From assembly GCA_035510465.1 (NCBI GenBank), contig DATKHC010000004.1, forward strand, positions 6,481 to 70,480: 64,000 nucleotides of DNA, read 5' to 3'. Below, piece by piece: positions 44,394 to 54,157 of the stretch. Positions within the stretch are counted from its first letter, which is position 1. Every line of letters starts with the position of its first letter. The notes under the pieces are model-generated. The model was given only the letters and a program-made list of their open reading frames with translations. It was not told the origin of the DNA and did no database searches. Position numbers and translations under genes: made by a program. The DNA comes from Candidatus Saccharimonadales bacterium (lineage in GTDB: Bacteria > Patescibacteriota > Saccharimonadia > Saccharimonadales > DATKHC01).

Positions 44394-45895
44394 GAACTGG
44401 TCTTTGAACTAGAAGTAGTAGGCGGTGGAACTATAAGAGAAGTTCTTATCAAGTTCCATGCGCCAGGAGTCGTAGTTGAAGGCGTCATAGTATAAACAGC
44501 ATCGAAGGCGGAATCAAAGGCAGGCGAAAAGACACCATTATCATCTGTGAATGTCACCATGTTAGTACCGTCAAAATCAAAAATATCTAATTTACCGTTG
44601 CTTGCAAGCGTTAGTCGGTCTCCGTCCATCCACTGGGATAATTCTTGCCCGGCTAGGGGCAACTTAGTGTCGTAGTGATAGTGTGTCTGCGTCATGATGT
44701 CATAGACAGCAAACTCACTACCGGCTTGTACGGCTATGGACTCAGCGGAGGTCGAAAAAGTAACTGCCTGAGGCACGCCATTTACTATCAAGAAAGTATA
44801 CGGAACGGGCAGAATTAGGGAGTTAGGTGATACGTTTGCTTGGGGATTCATATAAACATAGACCTTGTTTGTGCCGCTGCTACCAACCGTAACGTAACTA
44901 TTGCCGTTATAGCTAGCTATATTGAGTAGATAGTTAGAGCCAACGGGTAGAGTCCGGAGTGTATAACTGTCTGTGCCAATTAAGAGTTTTGCATCTACAA
45001 GAGCCGGGTTGGTCTTATCCGGTGTGGCGTAAACCAACTCGTTGCTAGAATAAGGCCAGAAGCCAAGCACGTTCGTAAGAGCTGGGGTAACTGTTTGCCC
45101 AGATACGCTTGCAACCGACAAAGTTCCGGTTGCTGAATTATAAAGGTAGAATTTATTGAACTGCTTGTTGTCTAACCTGACGGTGTCAAACGGTGTAGTG
45201 CTAAAGAGCTGGGTAATATTAAAGCTGTTTTGCGGGTTGAGCCTATCGACCAGGATATACTCAAAACCCCCCGCAAAGGTATTCTTTATTAAAATATGTT
45301 GATTGTCAGTTGACCACTCAACAACCGATAAATTGCCAGTTGTGTTACTAAAGACTGAGGTAGGCAGCGTAAAGCTGGTAGGCGCAGCTTTAGGATTGGT
45401 TACGTCATAAACCTCAAAACTGCCAAATTTGGATGGTACCGAACAGACTAGCCAGTGTTGATTTGGGCTTTCACTTACAATATCTGGCTGAGATGCAAAG
45501 GTTTGAACATTCGTGACTACCGGTTTTGAGGGGAACAGGAAAGGGTAGTCAAGCTGAAGGACGTTACCACCGTAAAGATTAAAAGAATTGTTCCAGTTAT
45601 CGTAACCAGTTTTCCTAAGCACAAAAGTGTAGGCGCCTTCGGGCAATTCCAGTCGCGCGTTAGTAGTACCAAACGGAGTATTGTTAATGTATATGTTGGC
45701 CGAAACAGGGTGAGAATTAGCAAAAACCAACCCGTTTTGATAAACCTGACCATTCTTATGATCGATGCTATATCCCGCAGTTATTAAAGCAAGTATTAGT
45801 GTCGCTAGTATTAGTACGATTGCTACAAGCACCAACCCGATAGCCAGGCGTATGTTATAGCCACGTTTTAAACGAGGATTATAAAAATCGAGCAT
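44390..45895 (-). CDS. membrane-anchored PEGA-domain protein
   Basis: N-terminal TM; ANIYINNTPFGTTNARLELPEGAYTFVLRKTGY is a PEGA motif. Confidence 0.55.
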   Translation of the reverse strand: MLDFYNPRLKRGYNIRLAIGLVLVAIVLILATLILALITAGYSIDHKNGQVYQNGLVFANSHPVSANIYINNTPFGTTNARLELPEGAYTFVLRKTGYDNWNNSFNLYGGNVLQLDYPFLFPSKPVVTNVQTFASQPDIVSESPNQHWLVCSVPSKFGSFEVYDVTNPKAAPTSFTLPTSVFSNTTGNLSVVEWSTDNQHILIKNTFAGGFEYILVDRLNPQNSFNITQLFSTTPFDTVRLDNKQFNKFYLYNSATGTLSVASVSGQTVTPALTNVLGFWPYSSNELVYATPDKTNPALVDAKLLIGTDSYTLRTLPVGSNYLLNIASYNGNSYVTVGSSGTNKVYVYMNPQANVSPNSLILPVPYTFLIVNGVPQAVTFSTSAESIAVQAGSEFAVYDIMTQTHYHYDTKLPLAGQELSQWMDGDRLTLASNGKLDIFDFDGTNMVTFTDDNGVFSPAFDSAFDAVYTMTPSTTTPGAWNLIRTSLIVPPPTTSSSKTSS

Positions 45896-46026
45896 TATGC
45901 TTACTCATTTTAGAGATATTTGTCTGCTAACTCCAGTTTAGTATATTGCTTGCAGTAAATAAGCGTGAGCGCTAAGATTAATTTACTTACTTTTTAGAAA
46001 ACTCACCTAATAGATGGGAATTAATT

Positions 46027-47247
46027 TTGGCGGATTCACGACTGATTGAAATAAATGGCAAAAGTTTCGATGCCATAACAGGTCGGCGGGTAGGTAGAAA
46101 GCCATTAAAAAGAGCTAGTCCAAACCTAAAAAAACAGTCGGCCCAAAAAGCTATTAGAAAATCGATTGATGGCCTGATCAGAACAACTAAAAGGACTCCG
46201 GCATCTTTGTCTAAGCCTAAACTACCGACTCAACCAAAAAAAAGGTTTCAGCACCCAGCTCCCGTGGTAAAGCTAAAGGAACGAGTTTTTAAGCTATCTC
46301 CGCTCCAAATAACTAGCCCAAGGCGAAAACCCCAACACTCAAAAACACTTATAAGAGCATCTGTTAGAAGACCAGAGTTCAAGCCAACTAAGACTGTTAA
46401 GCTCGCTAGCCGGGTGATCAAACAAAATAGAATAGCTCCCGCAGTTAGAAAACGCTTAGAGCATGTACCCAGACCAACAAACGTAGTTTCAAAAGTACCA
46501 ACGAGTTTAATTTTAGAAAAAGCACGTAGGATCAAACAGAGCCAATTGGTGTCTAGATTTGGCGAGATTGACTACTCGAAAAGACACCTAACTCGCAATA
46601 AAGTAACCCTCGCAGAAACGGCCACGACCGATATTCACCAAAAGAATCTTGAGAGGCTAGCGGAAATGGATACTAACCCAGAAGATGAGGACGTATTCGC
46701 AGAAGAAGCTCTAAAATTGGCTAGCTCTCACAAAAATTTAATCAGGAAGCGCACCCCAGCATACGTGAGGCTGGCTAGAAGACTTCGCATTATGCCAAGA
46801 ACACTGCTACTCAGCACTGTAGGAGTCATTGTTTTGGCTTTTTGTGCATTTGCCGTTTATCATTACTACGATTATTTAGTGGTGGATTATGCCAACTTGA
46901 GAATTCATTTTAACGGCCATCTTGCTGGGGTTACGACGCCAGGTTTTAGTGTTTCTAAGATCAATTATACGAAGAACGACCTTATATTTAGTTATTCTAG
47001 TAACAGTGGCGACGGCCGTGGCTATCAGATCTTCGAACAGCCATCAGATTGGGATAGTCAGAGCCTATTGGATTCCGTAGTAAACCCCAACGTCAGTGAC
47101 TCATATGCCAACTACCAAATTGGGGGTAGAACCGTTTACGAATATGCTCACACTGCTGTTTGGGTGGATGGGGGTATTTATTACCGAATCAATAATGACG
47201 CCAACTTATCTTCATCACAGCTAACCTCGATAATTAATAGCCTCTAA
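46027..47247 (+). CDS. basic N-terminal / single-TM protein of unknown function
   Basis: Lys/Arg/Pro-rich first 250 aa, TM helix LLLSTVGVIVLAFCAFAVY. Confidence 0.45.
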   Translation: MADSRLIEINGKSFDAITGRRVGRKPLKRASPNLKKQSAQKAIRKSIDGLIRTTKRTPASLSKPKLPTQPKKRFQHPAPVVKLKERVFKLSPLQITSPRRKPQHSKTLIRASVRRPEFKPTKTVKLASRVIKQNRIAPAVRKRLEHVPRPTNVVSKVPTSLILEKARRIKQSQLVSRFGEIDYSKRHLTRNKVTLAETATTDIHQKNLERLAEMDTNPEDEDVFAEEALKLASSHKNLIRKRTPAYVRLARRLRIMPRTLLLSTVGVIVLAFCAFAVYHYYDYLVVDYANLRIHFNGHLAGVTTPGFSVSKINYTKNDLIFSYSSNSGDGRGYQIFEQPSDWDSQSLLDSVVNPNVSDSYANYQIGGRTVYEYAHTAVWVDGGIYYRINNDANLSSSQLTSIINSL

Positions 47248-47316
47248 GAAATAGTCACCGGCTAGTTATCTAAATAGTCTGGGGTAAAAGCTGTTAACTT
47301 ATATTACAATTTAGGG

Positions 47317-48753
47317 GTGAATAAAGTCCGTACTCGTTTTGCGCCCAGTCCAACGGGAGCCCTCCACGCTGGAACTGTAAGAACAGCTCTGTTCGCCTGG
47401 TTAGTGGCTAGACAAAACCAGGGTGAATTTATATTGAGAATCGAGGACACTGACCAAGCTAGGTCTGATCAGAATGCAATAAACAATATCACAGCCACAT
47501 TAAAGTATGTCGGCTTAGATTGGGATGAGGGCCCGGGAATTGGTGGTAAATTTGGGCCATATACCCAGAGTGAAAGACTTGATATATACCGCGATTGGGC
47601 AAATAAATTAATCGAAAATGGTCGTGCCTACCCCGATAACACTAGTCAAGAACACTTAGAAGTTATGCGCCAGGCTGACAAGAAAGCAGGTCGTGCATTT
47701 TTATTTAGAAATCATCGTCCAAAAACTACTCCCGCCAAGGCAAGCGATACGCCTCTTCGTTTCCTGTCCGATCCTAAGTCTTACTCGTGGGTCGATCTGG
47801 TAATGGGAGACTTATCGGCTGGCCCTGAAGCGGTTGATGATTTTATCTTGATTAAATCCGACGGATATCCAACCTATAATTTTGCTCATATAATCGACGA
47901 TTATCTGATGGATATCTCCCATGTTATTCGATCCCAAGAGTTCATTTCGAGTGTGCCAAAATATCTAAACCTTTATGAGGCTCTGGGCATAAAAGTGCCG
48001 CTGTTTGCAACCGTACCGCAAGTTGTTGGTGAAAGCGGAACAAGGAAGCTATCTAAACGAGAAGGCGCTAAGCAACTACTTGAATACCAAACGATGGGTG
48101 TTTTGCCTGAGGCAATGCTTAACTTCTTAGCCACAATTGGGTGGAATGATGGCAGTGAACAAGAAATCTTTTCAAAAGAAGAATTGATCAAAAAATTTAC
48201 TCTGCAAAGAGTTCAGAGAAGCCCAGGGCAGTTTGACGAAAAGCGGCTGCTTTGGTTAAACGGACATTATATAAGGGAACTACAATTTGATGAGCTCGTT
48301 AAATTGTCAGATGGCTACTGGTCAAAGAGTGCGAGTAAGTTCGATCAAGCATATAAAAATAGGGTACTTAAACTTGTTCAAAGTCGGTTGAAATATCTGG
48401 ACGAGCTAGGCGCCTTAACCAGCTTTTTTTTCGAGGATTTACCCATTAAACCCGGACTTATATCGACTCATAAAAAATTAAAGGATTTAACTGCTCAACA
48501 ATTAACAGATCTTCTGACAAAAACTCTTAACGAACTTGAGCGAAGTGACTTTAGCCTAGAAGACATAAAAACCCGCCTAGACAAGCTGCTTGAGGAGACT
48601 TCACAAACTCCGGCGGTCTTATTTAGCCTAATTCGGATAGCTACCACCCAGTCTGAAGCTTCGCCGGAACTTGCTGAAAGTCTTGAGGTTTTGGGTAAAG
48701 ATACAGTGCTCAGACGAATCAAGAATTCTATATCCTCAACTGAAAAAGCCTAA
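47317..48753 (+). CDS. gltX: glutamyl-tRNA synthetase
   Basis: RFAPSPTGALHAGTVRTALF (HIGH region), KLSKREG (KMSKS). Confidence 0.9.
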   Translation: MNKVRTRFAPSPTGALHAGTVRTALFAWLVARQNQGEFILRIEDTDQARSDQNAINNITATLKYVGLDWDEGPGIGGKFGPYTQSERLDIYRDWANKLIENGRAYPDNTSQEHLEVMRQADKKAGRAFLFRNHRPKTTPAKASDTPLRFLSDPKSYSWVDLVMGDLSAGPEAVDDFILIKSDGYPTYNFAHIIDDYLMDISHVIRSQEFISSVPKYLNLYEALGIKVPLFATVPQVVGESGTRKLSKREGAKQLLEYQTMGVLPEAMLNFLATIGWNDGSEQEIFSKEELIKKFTLQRVQRSPGQFDEKRLLWLNGHYIRELQFDELVKLSDGYWSKSASKFDQAYKNRVLKLVQSRLKYLDELGALTSFFFEDLPIKPGLISTHKKLKDLTAQQLTDLLTKTLNELERSDFSLEDIKTRLDKLLEETSQTPAVLFSLIRIATTQSEASPELAESLEVLGKDTVLRRIKNSISSTEKA

Positions 48754-51308
48754 CGAAGATTAATAATTCTGTCTTCGCCCATATCAGAAGGTGAGTGGGG
48801 AGTTGCAGGGGTTGGGGAAGGATTTGTGTTTGAAGCATGTTTTCTTCTTCGTCTTCGCTTAGGCTTGGGTGATAATTCTGTTGTTTCAGCTACCCCTGCT
48901 AGAACATTTACAGCCGGTTCGGGCTCGGGCTCACGGCCTTGATTGGCCGTGGTGGCGGACGGGGCAGGGGTTGGTGGAACTGCTGGAGCAGCCTTGTTTT
49001 GAGCCGAAGATTCGGGTTGTCGGGTTTGATTCGTTTGATAACGCTCGTGCATAACAACCTCTATGTCAGACTTATTAAAGGCATAGCTCGATCTTGAGGA
49101 TTCAATTATCTGTTGACTAAAATCAACTGTTTTTGGCGGTAAATTAATGGTTGTGCCGGAGAAAGCTTGAACTTTTTCGCCATCAATTGTCATGTTGACC
49201 GCAAAGTTACGGTTATGCATATGAATAAGATCAAAGTCGCTGAAATGGGGCTCAAAATAACGAACCATAGTCCTTGAGTCATCAGCGCTCATTCTGAAAG
49301 AAATGATTGAGCCAACATTACCAAAGACTGCGTCTTTTACAGTTTGAGGCATTTGAGCTATATATTGGTTGGCAACCGTCAAAATCAAAGAATATTTCCT
49401 AGCTTCAGAGAGAATGGTGGTAAACGAGTCAGTTGCAAAGTTTTGGAATTCATCGACATACAAGTAAAAGGGAATTCGATCATTAATATTATCAATATCG
49501 GCTCGACTCATGGCTGCCAACTGAATCTTAGTGACCAGTAGTGCTCCGAGCAGAGCAGCGTTGTCCTCCCCTATAAGCCCCCGGGAAAGGTTAACTATTA
49601 GGATCTTCCGCTCATCCATAATTTTACGGATATTAAAACTACTGTTGGGCTGTCCAATAATGTTTCGTACAACCGGGTTGGCTGTGAATGCTCCTACCTT
49701 ATTGAGAACTGGGGCCACCGCTTCGGTTGCGAATCGACTGTTCCAACTAGCAAATTCAACCGTCCAGAAGTTTCTGACTACTGGATCAGTTAAGTGTTCA
49801 ATTACTTTTTTGCGAAAACGTTCGTCGGTTAAGATTCTTGTGATATCTAGCATTGTGGCATTCGGGTAATCGAGTAGCGCCAGGATGCTGTAACGAAGAA
49901 TGTACTCCAGTCGCGGCCCCCATGATTCAAACATTCTCTTAAGTACGCCTATAAGCTCTGAGCAGGTATGAGTTTTTAGCTTAGGATCGTTGACCTCCAT
50001 AGGATTAAAGGCAATTGGGAAATCAGTGTCAGCTGGATTGAAATAGACTACGTCTTTTACTCTTGCCTCCGGGATTCTTTTCAAGGTACTAACAGCATAA
50101 TCTCCATGAGGGTCAATAACCGCAAAACCGTAGGGACTATAGATGTCTGAGATAGTTAAAAGTTCCAGTAACCCAGATTTACCAACTCCAGTTTGACCCA
50201 GGATATACAAGTGCCGACTTCTGTCCTGGCGGAGTAGGCCAAACATGGCGTTTTGGCCCCGAAAGTTAGTGACAGCAATGGGGCTAATTTCAGCCCTTAG
50301 TTCAGGTGCCATGGATTCTGTTACGATCGGCAGATTGGCAGGCGGTTCAGCCGTCTTAGCATTAGCCCACAGGATATTGGGGGTTTCGACATTAGTGTGG
50401 GGCAGGTGATAAAGACTGGCAATTTCTTCAATATTTAAAACGAAGCCGGACCTACCAATACTTCTAGTCCTAAACTGCTCAATTGAAGAGTGGTCGCTGC
50501 CCAAAGATTTCTGGGCAAAACCATTCAGGTAAGTCGTATTAAACTGTTTTAAGCTGGCTGAAATAGCCTGTAAACGCATTCTGGCCTGAATGTCATCGTT
50601 TCCTTTGTAAACTATTCTTAGCGCAACTTCGTAAGCTAACTTATGACTTTTTTCTTCGGCCGCTGATGCTTGAGTCGTTTCAAATTCTGCCAGCTTAGGT
50701 GCCGAGGCAGGTTTCGTGTCCGCAGACATAACTGCTCGAACTAGAGTACTTCTACCTGGTGCTTGTCCTCTTAGATGTGCGCTAAAACGCTCGCTCTTTT
50801 TGTACCATCCCTCAGAAGCTGGACGAACCACAACCTGAATCCAAGCTTCTTCGTCTTCACTAAACTGTGCGAGAGTGGCTGTTATTGCGGCCAGGGGATC
50901 AACTTCAAAGCTAGGGAACGTCTTTATTGGTAGAGCTTCGTTGCCGGTAAGCTTCATTTCAACCGCATAGTGGCTATTGTCTAAGTCTCCCTCGGTATAG
51001 TCACTGACCTCAGATATTTGTACCGTCGGATACTGGGCATATACCTGTTCCTCAACAAAACCCTTTAGATGATTCGGCACCCACACATAGAAACCAATAC
51101 GTTTGCCTTTGACCGCAATTTCAAAGCTAATCCTATCGCTTTCCAAAATTTTGAACCGACTGGTCGAAGCAGCTTGCAGGAGGCCGTGTAAACTGGCAAA
51201 CATTTGTTCTGCGGCCAATTCTTTCTTGTCGTTTGTTCTGGGAACTTGCAAAAGAAGCACAGTACCCTGTACATGATCGTGGTGCGTGGGTTTCTTTCTG
51301 AAAATCAT
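48750..51308 (-). CDS. TraD/VirD4/HerA-like P-loop ATPase (T4SS-coupling-protein-type DNA-binding domain)
   Basis: Walker A GQTGVGKSG, Walker B LYVDEFQNF, no N-terminal TM, Pro/Ala-rich and RRRRRK C-terminus. Confidence 0.55.
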   Translation of the reverse strand: MIFRKKPTHHDHVQGTVLLLQVPRTNDKKELAAEQMFASLHGLLQAASTSRFKILESDRISFEIAVKGKRIGFYVWVPNHLKGFVEEQVYAQYPTVQISEVSDYTEGDLDNSHYAVEMKLTGNEALPIKTFPSFEVDPLAAITATLAQFSEDEEAWIQVVVRPASEGWYKKSERFSAHLRGQAPGRSTLVRAVMSADTKPASAPKLAEFETTQASAAEEKSHKLAYEVALRIVYKGNDDIQARMRLQAISASLKQFNTTYLNGFAQKSLGSDHSSIEQFRTRSIGRSGFVLNIEEIASLYHLPHTNVETPNILWANAKTAEPPANLPIVTESMAPELRAEISPIAVTNFRGQNAMFGLLRQDRSRHLYILGQTGVGKSGLLELLTISDIYSPYGFAVIDPHGDYAVSTLKRIPEARVKDVVYFNPADTDFPIAFNPMEVNDPKLKTHTCSELIGVLKRMFESWGPRLEYILRYSILALLDYPNATMLDITRILTDERFRKKVIEHLTDPVVRNFWTVEFASWNSRFATEAVAPVLNKVGAFTANPVVRNIIGQPNSSFNIRKIMDERKILIVNLSRGLIGEDNAALLGALLVTKIQLAAMSRADIDNINDRIPFYLYVDEFQNFATDSFTTILSEARKYSLILTVANQYIAQMPQTVKDAVFGNVGSIISFRMSADDSRTMVRYFEPHFSDFDLIHMHNRNFAVNMTIDGEKVQAFSGTTINLPPKTVDFSQQIIESSRSSYAFNKSDIEVVMHERYQTNQTRQPESSAQNKAAPAVPPTPAPSATTANQGREPEPEPAVNVLAGVAETTELSPKPKRRRRRKHASNTNPSPTPATPHSPSDMGEDRIINLR

Positions 51309-51404
51309 AGAGGAATTATACTTGAATTATAGGTGTATTTCAGTAATTTGATATGCCCTAAGCAGTATTTGCCCTCTTTACCCAAATACCCAAAGCCGTT
51401 GAGC

Positions 51405-51944
51405 TCAGTGAACAATGATCGTGCCATGGTATTTTGATGAATGAGGATTTTGTTGATCGTGGTACGTATACGTACCAGGTTTAACGAATATGAAGCTAAG
51501 GCTGTCTTTGGGTTGCAGAGCAATATCGGAATCAAAATCTGAGATGGAATTGTCAGCCGGGTAGGGATCAGCCCCTATAGCATGAACTTTACTGTCGTTA
51601 TTAGTCCAGGTAACTTCGCTGCCTGAGTTTATGGTGATGACCTTGGGTACAAAACCATTTTTTGTAATCGAAATTTCATTGGTTGCAACTGGCGTCGACT
51701 TAGGGTTTGATCCATGGATAGAGGCAATAGTAAGAATTAGCAGGGTAAACACCGCTAGACCAACAACTAGCTTCACTATTTTTTTTCTACTAAAACGAGG
51801 CTGGGAGGGAGGCAATATAGGCTGCTCGCTAGGTGATACTTGTAGCGGCTGAGGAACATAGCCAATTGGTGGTAGGGGATTATCGTTTTGAGCAGGCCTA
51901 GTGGGAACGATTATTTTCCCTCTGTTGTCGCTACTTGGATTCAT
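51405..51944 (-). CDS. membrane-anchored cupredoxin-fold protein
   Basis: ITINSGSEVTWTNNDSKVHAI..GTYTYH..HGTIIV; no Cys ligand seen. Confidence 0.5.
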   Translation of the reverse strand: MNPSSDNRGKIIVPTRPAQNDNPLPPIGYVPQPLQVSPSEQPILPPSQPRFSRKKIVKLVVGLAVFTLLILTIASIHGSNPKSTPVATNEISITKNGFVPKVITINSGSEVTWTNNDSKVHAIGADPYPADNSISDFDSDIALQPKDSLSFIFVKPGTYTYHDQQNPHSSKYHGTIIVH

Positions 51945-52147
51945 TTGGAACTTGCTTCAAGAGCTGGTCCTGGACTATGAACTCGGGGGTAGATGAATTT
52001 ACATTTTGCTTAAATTGCATAATTTTTTTGATTTCATTCACCATACTCCAGTCAGTTAAAAACACTTACGGTTAAGTATAAATCCAAAAAAGTAAAATTC
52101 AAAACTGCTAGGCATAAGTATATTGCTACTGCTAAAATGGCTTCACG

Positions 52148-53428
52148 ATGCTCGATGATTTCAAGTCTGGCAAGTCAAAATCAAAGCTGCCAGTTAAAGA
52201 AGAGAAACCCATGCCAGAAATCGAAGCTAAAGAACCAGAGCCTGATATTGAAGTAAACATAGATAAGGACAATAACTTATCCGACCTTATTGCCCCAGAT
52301 ACGGCGGAGAATAAAGAGGCGGTCGTGGGTAGCGTTCCCCCTAAGTCCAAGAAAAAGGGTCGTTTTAAAGCGATGCTGAACTGGAAATCATTCTCCAAGA
52401 AAAAGAAGATTCTGGTCATTTGCGGTGGAGTCATACTGCTCCTTTTAATAGTAGGGGGTGTAATCCTACTAACCGACAGGTCTCATCCTAAACAGGCCGC
52501 AATTTATAAAGTCGTAAAACCAAAGCCCGTTACTTACATTTCAAGACTTACCGGTCTTCCAGTCAGCCAAGCACAAAGTGTTTTACCAGTAACTGGAATT
52601 ATGATAGAGAATCTTGATGCTGCAAGACCTCAATCTGGGCTAAGCGCAGCTGGAGTAGTTTTTGAAGCAGTAGCTGAAGGCGGGATTACGAGGTTCCTAG
52701 CCCTATACGAAGACCAGGAACCTAGTTCTGTCGGACCAATTAGAAGTGCTAGGCCATACTATGTTGATTGGTTACTTGGTTTTGACGCTGCTTACGCCCA
52801 CGTAGGAGGTAGCCCTGACGGCTTGGCTGCCATTGCATCTCTACACGTAAAAGACTTAGATCAATTTTATAACGGCAGCTCATATACCCGCATTACCAGC
52901 AGACCTGCTCCTCATAATGTCTATACAAGTTTGGCAGACTTAATTAGCTTAGAGGACTCAAAAGGTTATAAGACCAGTACATTCACGGGCTTCCCAAGAA
53001 AAGCTGATCAACCCTCAAAAACCCCAAGTGCTACAAGTATTGATTTCACCCCATCCAGTGTCGATTACTCGGTCCACTATGATTACGATTCATCATTAAA
53101 CAGCTATAAGCGAAGTGAAGGCGAAGCACCGCAAGTTGACGCTAACACTAACAAACAATTGGAGCCAAAAGTAGTCATTGGCATCGTCGTACCTCAGAGC
53201 CAAGGTGCGTTAGATGCTTCAGGAGCTTATTACACAGAATACCAAGACATTGGAAGTGGTACGGCTGACGTATTCCAAGACGGCACAGTGACTCAAGGCA
53301 CGTGGGTGAAAACCGCACCTACCAGTCAGATTCAGTTTTTGGATGCTGCTGGCAAACCAATCGATCTCAATGCGGGGCAAACCTGGATCACGGTCCTTGG
53401 CTCGGCCAATGAAATATCATATAAATAA
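52148..53428 (+). CDS. DUF3048-family secreted/anchored protein
   Basis: MIENLDAARPQSGLSAAGVVFEAVAEGGITRFLALY is the DUF3048 signature. Confidence 0.7.
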   Translation: MLDDFKSGKSKSKLPVKEEKPMPEIEAKEPEPDIEVNIDKDNNLSDLIAPDTAENKEAVVGSVPPKSKKKGRFKAMLNWKSFSKKKKILVICGGVILLLLIVGGVILLTDRSHPKQAAIYKVVKPKPVTYISRLTGLPVSQAQSVLPVTGIMIENLDAARPQSGLSAAGVVFEAVAEGGITRFLALYEDQEPSSVGPIRSARPYYVDWLLGFDAAYAHVGGSPDGLAAIASLHVKDLDQFYNGSSYTRITSRPAPHNVYTSLADLISLEDSKGYKTSTFTGFPRKADQPSKTPSATSIDFTPSSVDYSVHYDYDSSLNSYKRSEGEAPQVDANTNKQLEPKVVIGIVVPQSQGALDASGAYYTEYQDIGSGTADVFQDGTVTQGTWVKTAPTSQIQFLDAAGKPIDLNAGQTWITVLGSANEISYK

Positions 53429-53518
53429 TTCCTACTCTTCAATGATTAGAGTATTGATTCTAAGGAAGCCACCTATTTAACCCCGAAAGATAATCGGACA
53501 AGGCTTATACTATTACCT

Positions 53519-54106
53519 ATGATGTCCGAGCTCAGAAGGTATCTATGGCTTAGCCAAGTAATACTTTTTAGTAGTTTGATTATATGTAGCCTTATTATCC
53601 CTAGCGTCGTTATTAAGAACGGGGGAGTTAGTAACTTTGGAAATCATATATCAACAGTTGGCCTCTACGCTCTTGGCTTCTTGTCGAATATTGCCTTTAT
53701 TTATTTGGCAGCAAGCTCGCTGCTTAGACAAGGACGCAAATTCAATTACATCGTACGTAGCTTAGTAATCCTTTCCGCGCTTGAACTTATTGTATTCATT
53801 AGTACTTTCCCTCGACACTTCAGTTTTACGTTTTCTGACATTCATGATTATTTAGGTATAGCACTGTTTAGTTACGAATTTATTCTTTCGCTTTGGATTG
53901 TTTTTAAAAATAAGTCTGTGTTCGCAATACTTCTTTTACTCGTGGAAGCAACTGGATCGATTGTTGGTCTACTTTCCGCAATGAAAGTAATTCATTTCCT
54001 ATTTTTTGGGCAAGTCACGGCTGCCTTAGCGTTTGGCTTACTGCTATGCTTAGTATTCCCAAAAGCTATCGAGGAAACATTAAATAACCAACCAGGCAAA
54101 ACGTAA
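53519..54106 (+). CDS. polytopic membrane protein
   Basis: Five or six hydrophobic segments. Confidence 0.5.
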   Translation: MMSELRRYLWLSQVILFSSLIICSLIIPSVVIKNGGVSNFGNHISTVGLYALGFLSNIAFIYLAASSLLRQGRKFNYIVRSLVILSALELIVFISTFPRHFSFTFSDIHDYLGIALFSYEFILSLWIVFKNKSVFAILLLLVEATGSIVGLLSAMKVIHFLFFGQVTAALAFGLLLCLVFPKAIEETLNNQPGKT

Positions 54107-54112
54107 CTACTA

Positions 54113-54141
54113 TGGCTGGGAATCAAGGTTGAATTCCGTAC
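54113..54141 (-). repeat. 29-nt cassette repeat (first - copy)
   Basis: TGGCTGGGAATCAAGGTTGAATTCCGTAC. Confidence 0.85.
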
Positions 54142-54157
54142 CGTGACCTTGTAGGAA

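Noticed and set aside
4176-51852. Numerous short ORFs overlapping or lying antisense to longer genes, e.g. 4176..4427, 7899..8138, 8146..8364, 9493..9747, 10371..10592, 12451..12705, 13476..13673, 14158..14370, 22618..22806, 25512..25841, 26169..26494, 28494..28985, 29454..29904, 31917..32282, 33220..33540, 34927..35226, 36056..36514, 36795..37533, 38483..38898, 39406..40126, 40750..40971, 43904..44098, 45517..45753, 46248..46535, 47973..48722, 48869..49869, 51065..51535, 51631..51852
   Set aside because: Each lies inside a longer ORF that has recognisable motifs or coherent operon structure, and none has features of its own.
51405-51944. Blue-copper (type 1) protein call
   Set aside because: The cupredoxin-like strand pattern is present, but I see no Cys ligand, so only the fold is claimed.
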